64,000 nt of DNA, taken from the sequence record PQ306573.1, one strand, 5' to 3'. The notes below the pieces were generated by a model. That model was not told where the DNA came from. It worked only from the letters and a program-made list of their open reading frames with translations, and did not search any database. This document shows positions 47,459 through 56,598 of the stretch, one piece after another. Position 1 is the first letter of the stretch; the number at the start of each line of letters is the position of its first letter. The position numbers were made by a program, and so were the translations under genes. This DNA comes from Escherichia phage vB_EcoM_PTE-Eco05.

Positions 47459-47776
47459 ATGAAAACCATCGATTGTAAAGCAGAATTTAAGATTTTTTAT
47501 CACGGTTCAAGTAGTTCAGCTAACATCGAAAACATGCTTTGTCCTCCTGAAGAAACAGGAGTTCTGTCTGAAACTGGACGTAAGAAAAACTTGGATCGTG
47601 TATTCTTTACTGAAGATATCGGTTTAGCAAAGATTTATGCAGGACGAGCAGCACGCTCTTATGGAGGTGAACCACGTCTCTATCGAGTAATTTCTCCGGT
47701 AGATGTAGTTCAAATGAATGATACTAAAGGTGCTACAGTTTATCACGCTGAATGGGCATTTTGCGAGGAAATATGA
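47459..47776 (+). CDS. hypothetical protein
   Basis: 105-aa ORF. Confidence 0.5.
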   Translation: MKTIDCKAEFKIFYHGSSSSANIENMLCPPEETGVLSETGRKKNLDRVFFTEDIGLAKIYAGRAARSYGGEPRLYRVISPVDVVQMNDTKGATVYHAEWAFCEEI

Positions 47777-47961
47777 GCAAATTAACTAAAGTTACTTTTA
47801 TTGGCTGGTTTAAAAGCGGTGAGATGTTCACTAAAGATATCATGTTATCAGGTGATCGTGAAGAAATCGAGTGGGTTGCGGTACAACTTGCTGAAGTGAA
47901 CAACGCATTAGTTAAAGCATTTGTTAATGACGAGAAAGTTTTCGAAGCAGATTTTCGATAA
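47773..47961 (+). CDS. small protein, possible Dmd-like antitoxin
   Basis: 62 aa; FIGWFKSGEMFTKDI...AEVNNALVKAF resembles my recollection of T4 Dmd; lies between 41 and 61. Confidence 0.4.
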   Translation: MSKLTKVTFIGWFKSGEMFTKDIMLSGDREEIEWVAVQLAEVNNALVKAFVNDEKVFEADFR

Positions 47962-48032
47962 TTTTAAAATAACTGTTTACAAGCCCCACATACTGTGTTA
48001 CTATCTTTCTATCAACTACAGAGGAAATTGAA

Positions 48033-48401
48033 ATGAAAAAATTAATCGCTTTAGCAATGGTATTTGGATTAACCGGATGTGGTGCTCATGGCTTTATCCC
48101 TAATAACGTTGGCCAACTGATTTACAATCCGAATGTTAAACAATATGAACAACCTAAAGTTGAAGTGGAAGACCCGGTTACTGTAGGTAATCGAATGATT
48201 CAAGCTGATGCTCATGCTCAACGTTATCGTGATTCTGATACTGTAGCATTGTCAAAAGAACAACGCGTTAAAGAACATTGTCTACAGGCTACTGAAATCG
48301 CATTCATTCGCTATGTTGAAACAACTGGTAAAGAGCCTACCCAGAAACAAATCGCGAATAACTACGTCCAGTGTATTGAACGTTTAAACAAATTTAATTA
48401 A
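48033..48401 (+). CDS. lipoprotein
   Basis: signal peptide with lipobox LTGC. Confidence 0.6.
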   Translation: MKKLIALAMVFGLTGCGAHGFIPNNVGQLIYNPNVKQYEQPKVEVEDPVTVGNRMIQADAHAQRYRDSDTVALSKEQRVKEHCLQATEIAFIRYVETTGKEPTQKQIANNYVQCIERLNKFN

Positions 48402-48462
48402 TTGGTTTACACCAAAGTTAAAATAAGATACTATAAACATAACAAATCAAGAGGAAATTAAC

Positions 48463-48711
48463 ATGGAATTATTCGTAGCTAGTTCAGTAGCAGTTTTAAT
48501 CGCAGGTATTGGTTCAATCATCATTTACATGTTGCCTTGGGTAATCGCACTTATTCGTGGCACAAAAAGCACAACAGCAATCTTCTTTGTATCTTTGCTC
48601 TTTAACTGGACGATGATTGGTTGGATTGGAACTTTAATTTGGTCTATCGTTGCCGAAAAGAAATCTGCTCAGCAGCCTCAACAAGTAATTATTATTCGCG
48701 AAAAAGAATAA
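48463..48711 (+). CDS. small two-helix membrane protein
   Basis: 82 aa, two hydrophobic segments. Confidence 0.5.
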   Translation: MELFVASSVAVLIAGIGSIIIYMLPWVIALIRGTKSTTAIFFVSLLFNWTMIGWIGTLIWSIVAEKKSAQQPQQVIIIREKE

Positions 48712-48774
48712 ACTTGTTTACATTATAGATGGACTATAGTATAGTAGTCCTATCAAATCAACTAAGGAGTTAAA

Positions 48775-49068
48775 ATGAAAAAGTTATCATTGGCAGCAAT
48801 CTTACTTGCAGTATCATGTGCACCGGCTCCAGTTACGGCAGGTTATGATAAAGACCTCTGTGAGTGGTCAATGACTGCAAATCAAGAAGATGTTGAACAA
48901 CAAATCTTCTCTGATATCATGAACATCACTAAACGAGACCGTCCTAATATGGTTAATAAAGTTGTTGAACAACTTAAGTCTGGCGGTATCATGCAGTACA
49001 ACTATGTTTTGTATTGTGACCCTAATTTCGATAACAAAGATATCGTAACCGAAATCACAGGTGAATAA
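48775..49068 (+). CDS. periplasmic small protein, Spackle-like (by size and position)
   Basis: 97 aa with signal peptide MKKLSLAAILLAVSCAPA; T4 sp is in the 41-61 interval. Confidence 0.4.
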   Translation: MKKLSLAAILLAVSCAPAPVTAGYDKDLCEWSMTANQEDVEQQIFSDIMNITKRDRPNMVNKVVEQLKSGGIMQYNYVLYCDPNFDNKDIVTEITGE

Positions 49069-49069
49069 T

Positions 49070-49720
49070 ATGATTTATTACATGCACAAAAACGCACCAT
49101 TTAAATATGGTAAATTTCCTAATGCACAATGTTATAATATAACGCCGAATGAAAATAATAACGGATACCATATTGGTGTAATTTTTGTAATTGTTAAAGA
49201 TAACGAAATTGTTGCCTGGGCAGATTTTAAAGGTACAACATATGATGTTAATCCTGTGCCTTTCACATATTACAATATAATGGATTTGGCATATGATTAT
49301 AATTGGTTTAATCATGACACGTTGGCTCATATTGAAGGTGTAGGATTTGACATCTCTTATTCTAGCTATTCATTATGTCCTATGAGCCGAGCTCACGGTA
49401 AAGATGTATCATATCTTTCAATTCGGAAACGTGTAAACTTCAAACGCAGTACAGAGTATGTTGGTGGACTCTTTGTTAAAGATAATAAAATAACCCGTAT
49501 TAGTTATCCTTTAAGTGTAGGTCAAAAAGATGTTGATGTTGATTTAGACTTAACTGAAAGTAACATTAATCGTATTGCTTCTGTATATTTTGATATCGAT
49601 GAAAAAATTGTAGTGTGTGGATACGAATTACCACCTGAAGAAAAGGCTGAAACAATTGAAGTCGAATTAGAAATTTCTGTTGATGACCAAATATTTAATG
49701 CATTTATGAATCGAGGTTAA
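49070..49720 (+). CDS. hypothetical protein
   Basis: ATG 49070. Confidence 0.5.
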   Translation: MIYYMHKNAPFKYGKFPNAQCYNITPNENNNGYHIGVIFVIVKDNEIVAWADFKGTTYDVNPVPFTYYNIMDLAYDYNWFNHDTLAHIEGVGFDISYSSYSLCPMSRAHGKDVSYLSIRKRVNFKRSTEYVGGLFVKDNKITRISYPLSVGQKDVDVDLDLTESNINRIASVYFDIDEKIVVCGYELPPEEKAETIEVELEISVDDQIFNAFMNRG

Positions 49721-49721
49721 A

Positions 49722-49919
49722 ATGACTACTGCAATTTGCACTGGTTCTAAAATTAGTGTTTTTACAAGTTTTGAAGATTATGAAGTTGTTTCAAAACACC
49801 AATGCCATATTAGCGTAAAAGCTAATGATGGTGTAATTTGGAATATTCCACATTATGAAGACACTACATATGAAGTCACAGATGCGAACGGTGATAAAGC
49901 GATCTTTGTGATTGATTAA
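49722..49919 (+). CDS. hypothetical protein
   Basis: 65-aa ORF. Confidence 0.45.
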   Translation: MTTAICTGSKISVFTSFEDYEVVSKHQCHISVKANDGVIWNIPHYEDTTYEVTDANGDKAIFVID

Positions 49920-49938
49920 ATATACTCAGGAGGTACCT

Positions 49939-50406
49939 ATGGGTATTATTAACACTGCAATAGATTCAGTTTATGCATATAAGTTTATTCGACTAATGCA
50001 AAAACCTTTTACAGAATGGAAAGCGTACGAAGCCAAAATAATCGACGAACGTGGAAGTGTTCTTAAACGTCCTTCTACTCCTGAAGAGAAAGCGGCTTAT
50101 ACACCTTTTCATGCTTCAGTTCGTTCAATGAAGCGAATGATGAGCACTGTTCCGGGTCTTAATGGAATGGCCTCAATGATGTCTGCTTGGAGTGCTGTAG
50201 CTTCACGCTATAACATTACTGAAGAACAACAGAAAGAAATATTTAAAGAACTCCCTTTATTTGAGGATATGGTTGCTGGTGATTCAGGCGGCAGTCCTCA
50301 AGTTATTGCATCAGGAACAACTACAGGTGCAGTCGTAAATAAAGGTCCAGAACAAATTCCTTCCAAGAAAAGAAAGCGAATTAAAGTAAATATTAATAAG
50401 TTGTGA
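49939..50406 (+). CDS. hypothetical protein
   Basis: ATG 49939 after AGGAGG. Confidence 0.5.
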   Translation: MGIINTAIDSVYAYKFIRLMQKPFTEWKAYEAKIIDERGSVLKRPSTPEEKAAYTPFHASVRSMKRMMSTVPGLNGMASMMSAWSAVASRYNITEEQQKEIFKELPLFEDMVAGDSGGSPQVIASGTTTGAVVNKGPEQIPSKKRKRIKVNINKL

Positions 50407-50445
50407 TAAGATGGCCTTATTAATTTAAGGCCTCTGGAGAATACT

Positions 50446-51468
50446 ATGGCTGAATGGATAGATAATGAATTTGCTTATCGTGCGTTTTCTCACCTACCTC
50501 GTTTTAGACAAATCAATAATTCAAGCACATTTAAATTAACATTTCGTTGTCCAGTTTGTGGCGACTCCCAGACAGATGCAATGAAAGCTCGCGGTTGGTA
50601 TTATGGCGGTACTCCTGGTAATGTACATTGCTATAACTGTCAATACCACAATACAATTTCCGGATACTTAAAGGAGTATGATGAAGAGCTTTATCGCGAA
50701 TATCTAATGGAAGTTCGTAAAGAAAAAGCTAGAATGGAACCAAAGATTGAAAAGGTTCCTGAACATAAACCAGAACCGGAGAAAAAGACTATAAATTCTT
50801 TGCCGTCTTGTTCTCGTCTGGACAAGTTGCCTGAAGAGCATCCTATTGTGAAATATGTTAAGTCTCGGTGTATTCCTAAAGAATCATGGAACAGATTATG
50901 GTTCACATTAGAATGGCCTAAATTGGTCAACAAGATTCAACCTGGTACGTATAAGAAAGAGATTCCCGAACCACGTTTAGTGATTCCTATTTTTAATAAA
51001 GATGGGAAGGCCGAGTCATTCCAAGGACGTGCACTTCGTAAAGATGCTCCTCAGAAATATATCACTATTAAAGCGTTTGAGTCTGCAACAAAAATTTATG
51101 GTGTTGAACGTGTTAAGGAAGGGGACGTCTGGGTAATGGAAGGCCCTATTGATAGTTTATTCATACCAAATGCAATCGCTATTACAGGCGGCTCGATAGA
51201 TTTAGATGTGGTACCATTTAAAGAACGTCGGGTATGGGTAATGGATAACGAACCTAGGCATCCGGATACTATAGCTCGCATGAAGCGATTAGTTGATGCA
51301 GGCGAACGTGTCATGTTCTGGGACCGAGCTCCATGGAGATCAAAGGATGTGAACGATATGGTAATGAAAGAAAATGCAACACCACAAGAAATTTTAGAAT
51401 ATATGAAACAGAATATTTCAAGTGGGTTGCATGCTAAAATGAGATTATCTCGTTATTCGAAGATTTAA
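50446..51468 (+). CDS. 61: DNA primase
   Basis: Zn-ribbon CPVCGDS...CYNCQYH and TOPRIM region close to T4 gp61. Confidence 0.93.
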   Translation: MAEWIDNEFAYRAFSHLPRFRQINNSSTFKLTFRCPVCGDSQTDAMKARGWYYGGTPGNVHCYNCQYHNTISGYLKEYDEELYREYLMEVRKEKARMEPKIEKVPEHKPEPEKKTINSLPSCSRLDKLPEEHPIVKYVKSRCIPKESWNRLWFTLEWPKLVNKIQPGTYKKEIPEPRLVIPIFNKDGKAESFQGRALRKDAPQKYITIKAFESATKIYGVERVKEGDVWVMEGPIDSLFIPNAIAITGGSIDLDVVPFKERRVWVMDNEPRHPDTIARMKRLVDAGERVMFWDRAPWRSKDVNDMVMKENATPQEILEYMKQNISSGLHAKMRLSRYSKI

Positions 51469-51662
51469 ACAAGCCCTATAATAGCAAAGGCTAAATCAAC
51501 TACAGTATCCAATGGAACAGAAGGAACTATAATACCATGGGCAACTAACAATGGTGCAATCCCGAAGTTCCATGAAATAATGCCACCTACAACTATTGCA
51601 GCGATAGCAGTTTTCTTTTTATTGCCTTTAATAGCGTTGATTAACGATGGAAGTTTAAACAT
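51465..51662 (-). CDS. small membrane protein (only minus-strand gene called)
   Basis: 65 aa, two hydrophobic helices; AAGGAG RBS 7 nt upstream of the minus-strand ATG. Confidence 0.5.
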   Translation of the reverse strand: MFKLPSLINAIKGNKKKTAIAAIVVGGIISWNFGIAPLLVAHGIIVPSVPLDTVVDLAFAIIGLV

Positions 51663-51751
51663 AATATCTCCTTAGTTACCTATTATTTATTACGCTTTAT
51701 AAAATTAATGTTAGAATTAAACTCTCTTATACTGAATTGAAAGGAAAAATA

Positions 51752-52273
51752 ATGGCGCACTTTAACGAATGTTCACAACTTATTTCTGGTGTTGATAAAG
51801 CAGAAGAAGCTTATTTTAATGCTCTGATTCACGAAGATAAAGACCCACTGCAGGTAATGCTTGATATGCAGAAATCTTTACAGGTTCGTCTGGCAAATGA
51901 CAAGCCTGAACATAACAAACATCCTGATGAATTAGCTACCGCCGGTGATGTTGTTGATTGGCTGCGTAATCAGAAAGATTATATTGATGATGAATTCCGT
52001 GAACTGCTGACTTCACTTGGCGGTATGAGCAATGGTGAAAAAGCTGCCAGCAGTGTATGGAAGCCATGGAAAGCACAACATGCTGAATATCGTAATCGTC
52101 GTATCGATGAACTGTCTCCTGAAGACCAGCTCGAAATTAAATTCGAAATGATTGATATTCTGCACTTCGTTCTGAACATGTTCCAAGGTCTGGGTCTTTC
52201 TGCTGAAGAAATCTTTAAACTGTATTACCTGAAAAACCAACACAACTTTGAACGCCAGGATAATGGTTACTGA
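51752..52273 (+). CDS. 56: dCTP pyrophosphatase (MazG-like)
   Basis: MAHFNEC...LQVMLDMQ...LEIKFEMIDILHFVLNMF close to T4 gp56. Confidence 0.9.
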   Translation: MAHFNECSQLISGVDKAEEAYFNALIHEDKDPLQVMLDMQKSLQVRLANDKPEHNKHPDELATAGDVVDWLRNQKDYIDDEFRELLTSLGGMSNGEKAASSVWKPWKAQHAEYRNRRIDELSPEDQLEIKFEMIDILHFVLNMFQGLGLSAEEIFKLYYLKNQHNFERQDNGY

Positions 52274-52279
52274 TTAAGT

Positions 52280-52287
52280 TATAAATA
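52280..52287 (+). promoter_or_regulatory. late promoter TATAAATA upstream of soc
   Basis: exact TATAAATA about 32 nt upstream of the soc ATG. Confidence 0.5.
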
Positions 52288-52318
52288 CACCTGTAATTAA
52301 ACAACAAAGGAGTTAATT

Positions 52319-52555
52319 ATGGGTGGTTATGTAAACATCAAAACCTTTACGCGTCCTGCTGGTGAAGGTAAAGAAGTTAAAGGTATGGAAGTTTCTGTGC
52401 CGTTTGAGATTTATTCAAACGAACATCGGATTGCAGATTCTCATTACCAAATCTTTCCGTCAGAAAAGGCAGCTTATTCTGATGTCGTTTCTGATGCAGC
52501 AACTTGGAAAACTAAGAACGCTGCAATGTTTACCCCTACGCCAGTAAGTGGTTAA
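52319..52555 (+). CDS. soc: small outer capsid protein
   Basis: GYVNIKTF...HYQIFPSEKAAYS matches T4 Soc. Confidence 0.85.
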   Translation: MGGYVNIKTFTRPAGEGKEVKGMEVSVPFEIYSNEHRIADSHYQIFPSEKAAYSDVVSDAATWKTKNAAMFTPTPVSG

Positions 52556-52570
52556 ATAATTTAAGGAATC

Positions 52571-52598
52571 CTTCGGGATTCCTTTTTTTTTGTTTCCA
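52571..52598 (+). terminator. rho-independent terminator (UUCG tetraloop, 8-bp stem, T9)
   Basis: AGGAATCC-TTCG-GGATTCCT-TTTTTTTT. Confidence 0.65.
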
Positions 52599-52659
52599 CA
52601 GTTTACAACCACTAAAAACTGTGTTAAGATATTTTTACTTACTCAAGAGGAGAACAATA

Positions 52660-52886
52660 TGTTAAATCGTTGGATTAAACCTAATAACACATTAGGTGCT
52701 TTGATTGCTCAAGAAGTTTCATTAAAGTACGGTCTTGGATACTATGATGATGTAGTCGTACACTCATTCATGATGGATGGTGAAGACGTCAAATTTAATG
52801 CCGAAATCCGTTGGGATGATGGTGGTGTTCGTTTTGTTCGAGGAACAATTAATGCTTACGATGCTGAAGAAATTGTTTGCTGTTAA
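52660..52886 (+). CDS. hypothetical protein
   Basis: ATG 52660 after GAGGAG. Confidence 0.5.
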
Positions 52887-53100
52887 ACCAGGCGAAGGTA
52901 TGATGCCTATTCCTGATACACACGAAAAAAGTTGGGAATATATCGGTGACGGAATGATGGAAGAAGTTATTCGTCCAAAAACAAAACAGGTTAACGCTTC
53001 AAGCTCTTCAAGTTATAATCATTCATACGTATCGTCTTGGCCTGGTGATTCTGGGTCAAGTTATTCTGATTGTGGTTCAAGCTCAGGGAGCTGCGAATGA
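52851..53100 (+). CDS. hypothetical protein with Ser-rich low-complexity C-terminus
   Basis: NASSSSSYNHSYVSSWPGDSGSSYSDCGSSSGSCE; start uncertain. Confidence 0.4.
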
Positions 53101-53276
53101 ACAAGATAGTTAAATGGTTTAAAAGCTGGAATGATGGAGTCGGACCAGAAGATTGGTTAGATGTTCTTGAAGAGAATATGGCTAAAGAATTCCAGAAACA
53201 TGAAGAAAAACTCGTCGAAGATGAAGGCGAACGTATTGTAAAACTTTATATGGGTGAACCATCGAGGAAATTATAA
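53097..53276 (+). CDS. hypothetical acidic protein
   Basis: ATGA overlap. Confidence 0.4.
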   Translation: MNKIVKWFKSWNDGVGPEDWLDVLEENMAKEFQKHEEKLVEDEGERIVKLYMGEPSRKL

Positions 53277-53740
53277 TGGATGCTATGTTATTTAAAATGT
53301 ATTTGCTTGAAGCCAAGTCGTTTAAACATATACCAGTAGAAGATAAGACTCCACTAGAAATAGCTATTCTCATTAACAAAAGTCTAAATAATCCGCAATA
53401 TATCGTAGAAGAATTCTGCAAATTGCAGATTCCTAAAGGTTACAAAATTCGTGTAGAGCGAGTTGGAGCTATTACTCGTTCTAAAAATTCTCCGTTTAGT
53501 CTTGAAGAAGGCATAAAGGACTTAGGTTATGAATCTACGGAAAATGCCGTTTATGTGAATCCTGAAAAGCGTTTAGACTTGTTTGAAAAGCGAGACCACA
53601 AGTATTTTGCCAAAAAATACTTTATTACATCATTAGCAGATTTAATCCATTTGCAACGAGCTATTTGGAAATTTTTTAAGACAAAAGGTGTAGCGATAGA
53701 AACATTCTCCGAGCAGCCTAGTTTTTATTTAGGTGAATAA
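53276..53740 (+). CDS. hypothetical protein
   Basis: 154-aa ORF. Confidence 0.5.
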   Translation: MDAMLFKMYLLEAKSFKHIPVEDKTPLEIAILINKSLNNPQYIVEEFCKLQIPKGYKIRVERVGAITRSKNSPFSLEEGIKDLGYESTENAVYVNPEKRLDLFEKRDHKYFAKKYFITSLADLIHLQRAIWKFFKTKGVAIETFSEQPSFYLGE

Positions 53741-53921
53741 TATGGACCTTATGAGTATGTTTGACGAGCCTGAAGTTGAGGCTCCTAAAGTTCATCGTAG
53801 TGAACTTGTTGATGAACTAGATAGTATTATACAACGACACGGCTTTAGTTTACCTGTTGAAGCCCTGAAAGACCTTGCCTCTTATTATGACGACCCTCCA
53901 CCATGGAGTCCTTGGAAATGA
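53733..53921 (+). CDS. hypothetical acidic protein
   Basis: 62-aa ORF. Confidence 0.4.
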   Translation: MNNMDLMSMFDEPEVEAPKVHRSELVDELDSIIQRHGFSLPVEALKDLASYYDDPPPWSPWK

Positions 53922-54137
53922 AAGAGAAATTTAAAGAGAAATTCTTACTAGAAATCAAGGAAAAAGACTTTGAGACATGGTATCGAATGGTGAAAGGGTT
54001 GACATTGCTTTTTAAAGCATCGTTATTCATGTTAGAACAACCTGGCCCTGATGGTCCTTTAGTAGGAAAGCTTAAAAAGTAGTTTACATTCCCTCCTCTC
54101 GTGTTATGATAGGCTTATCTTTAAATGGAGGTCTATC

Positions 54138-54719
54138 ATGATATGTCAATCTGAACTTCAAGAACGCGAATATCTCGCAGCACTAATTGATGATAAATTC
54201 ACTAAACAAGAACAAAACATTCTCTGGGCTTGCACCGATTCTAAGGAAGACCCGGATTTCCACTATGAATTAGACCATCTTGTTCGTAAGCATATGACTT
54301 CTACAGTACCAGTAGAACTCTACCGCGGTGTAACTCCAGAAGAAGTAGAACGTCTTTCACTTCTTTCTGTTGGATGCCATTGGTCTCCTGGACGAGTAAC
54401 ATCGTTCACAACTGATTTCAGTACAGCTCGTCAATTCTCTGGGAGTTGGGAATATCAGACGTATACTATTCTTAGTCTCAGGAATGCTCCATTCATTTTT
54501 GATTACTACCAAAACATGGTTAACATTGTACTCGCCGGAAAGAACCCTAAGCATGTTATAGAAGAAAAGCGTGTTGACGTCCTAGATATGATTGAATCTG
54601 AACAAGAGTACATGGTCTCAGGTATCTCTAGATTTGAGATTGTGGAAATTGAAGACTTAGAATATGACCCTTTATCTCGATTATACAAAATCATTCATTT
54701 GAAAATGTTGAATTTTTAG
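54138..54719 (+). CDS. ADP-ribosyltransferase, ModA/ModB family (paralogue 1)
   Basis: R-S-E type motifs: LYRG, SFTTDFSTA, EQEYMV; tandem paralogue follows. Confidence 0.75.
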   Translation: MICQSELQEREYLAALIDDKFTKQEQNILWACTDSKEDPDFHYELDHLVRKHMTSTVPVELYRGVTPEEVERLSLLSVGCHWSPGRVTSFTTDFSTARQFSGSWEYQTYTILSLRNAPFIFDYYQNMVNIVLAGKNPKHVIEEKRVDVLDMIESEQEYMVSGISRFEIVEIEDLEYDPLSRLYKIIHLKMLNF

Positions 54720-54776
54720 TGTACAAACTCTTCCGATGATGATACTATAGACCTATCAACCAGAGGAGAAACCAAA

Positions 54777-55385
54777 ATGTTTATGCCGTATAACGAGTGT
54801 GAAATTGAAGAAATGGTTCGTCGTGCTCAAAACCCCGAATATCAAGATGTATTGCAGTACGAAATTGATAGTCAATTCAACGATAATGAACAAAGCATCC
54901 TTTGGCAGTGTATGGAAAACAAGCCAGACTGTATTCAACAGGAGTTAAGTTCAATCGTTCGTAGAAATTGGACGTCTTCTGTTCCTGAGACAATGTATCG
55001 TGGAATCTCTAAGAAAACTATGGCCACACTCGATGATAAAGGCATTGGTAGTATTATTAAATTTGACAGAGTAATGAGCTTCAGCCCAGTGTTCGGTGTA
55101 GCACGTAACTTTGCTTCATATAATTTTTACGGAACATTTAATATGTTCTGCATCAAAGATGCGCCATTTGCTTTCAACTTCCGTGAACATATGCTTAACA
55201 TGATTCTGGCTGCGCCATCTTGTGAGTTCAATGGAGCTTTCCCTGAAGCGACAAGACGGTCTAATGCTAGACTTATATCTGACGAATGTGAATTTATGCT
55301 CCCTATAGGGACTACACTGCGTGTAGATTCTATTATTCAAGATGGACGTTATACAATCTGGAATCTGTCTATTGTCAGTTACTGA
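54777..55385 (+). CDS. ADP-ribosyltransferase, ModA/ModB family (paralogue 2)
   Basis: MYRG, SFSPVFGVA, ECEFM. Confidence 0.75.
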   Translation: MFMPYNECEIEEMVRRAQNPEYQDVLQYEIDSQFNDNEQSILWQCMENKPDCIQQELSSIVRRNWTSSVPETMYRGISKKTMATLDDKGIGSIIKFDRVMSFSPVFGVARNFASYNFYGTFNMFCIKDAPFAFNFREHMLNMILAAPSCEFNGAFPEATRRSNARLISDECEFMLPIGTTLRVDSIIQDGRYTIWNLSIVSY

Positions 55386-55537
55386 CTGAATTGGAATAAC
55401 CGGATGGAACTCAGAACCATTATAACACATAAAAAATTAAAGCATTTTACGAAAAAAGAGTGTACACTACCTGAGGGCATGATATTATAAGCTTATCAAC
55501 TAAATGACCTAACGTCCGTAAGACAGAGGAAAATATT

Positions 55538-56284
55538 ATGTTATCAAATAATAAAATTAACAAAATCAATCGTCGTCTTGACCACACCAGAGCTTCTGCG
55601 AAGAGACGCTCTAAGGATTTTAACTTAGACTTTAATTACCTTAAAAACATTCTTGATCAAAAGGTCTGCGCTTACTCAGGTGAATCTTTTAATAACTCTG
55701 TTGAAGGTGAGAAATTATCCTTAGAACGTTTTAATAATGATATAGGCTACATTAAAGGTAATGTTATCCCGGTTAAGAAAAAATATAACACGGCTCGTTC
55801 TGATTTAACATTAGAAGAACTTATTGAGAAACGTGATGCCATTGCAAGACGTATCGCTAATCCTTCTGCCCGTAAAGTAGAGAAACTTAATCTCGATGAG
55901 AAGAAATGGGCCCAAATTAAAAAGGTTTATGGTACTATTTTAAAAATCCGAGCAAAACGTGAAAATCGTGTTAAGCATATGGCGAACATGATGAAAAATC
56001 AACCTTTATCTAACGAATCTAAACTTAGAATTGTTGCTTTGAAAGCACGCATTAATGGCTCGCATCAAGCAGAAGGCCATGAACTTACTAAACTCAACGT
56101 TCTTCTTAAAGGTTCTGACTGGAAAACTAAAACTAAATTAACTGACGCTGAATCGCTTTTCGATACATATGATAAAGTTATCCAAGGTCTGCAACGTTTT
56201 GAAAAGATTGGTTTCATTGGTAAATTAAAATTGAAACGCGGCTTACCACTTAGCGCATCATTATTCCAACTGATTAAAGGTTAA
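55538..56284 (+). CDS. hypothetical basic protein (T4 srd position)
   Basis: 248-aa ORF between mod genes and dda. Confidence 0.4.
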   Translation: MLSNNKINKINRRLDHTRASAKRRSKDFNLDFNYLKNILDQKVCAYSGESFNNSVEGEKLSLERFNNDIGYIKGNVIPVKKKYNTARSDLTLEELIEKRDAIARRIANPSARKVEKLNLDEKKWAQIKKVYGTILKIRAKRENRVKHMANMMKNQPLSNESKLRIVALKARINGSHQAEGHELTKLNVLLKGSDWKTKTKLTDAESLFDTYDKVIQGLQRFEKIGFIGKLKLKRGLPLSASLFQLIKG

Positions 56285-56286
56285 TT

Positions 56287-56598
56287 ATGGTTTATGTATA
56301 TGCAATAGTTTATCGAGATATGGAAGGATTTACTGTCCCGGTTCCACTTGATGAGCATCGTCCTGCAGTATTTTTTAGAAAGGATATTGCAGATAAAGTT
56401 TTCGATACTTTGAAAACACAGTATAAAACAGATTTAAAAATGGGAGTTCTAAGAATGGTCGAAACTCCGCGTAAGTTCTGGTTTAATAAGCTTGAAATGA
56501 AACACGTTAAACTAGATGCGGAGACGCAAAGATTGTATCAACGAATCCTGGACACAGGCCGTATTGTTAGTATTCCAATTGCAGGGACTTTACGATGA
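56287..56598 (+). CDS. hypothetical protein
   Basis: 103-aa ORF. Confidence 0.45.
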   Translation: MVYVYAIVYRDMEGFTVPVPLDEHRPAVFFRKDIADKVFDTLKTQYKTDLKMGVLRMVETPRKFWFNKLEMKHVKLDAETQRLYQRILDTGRIVSIPIAGTLR

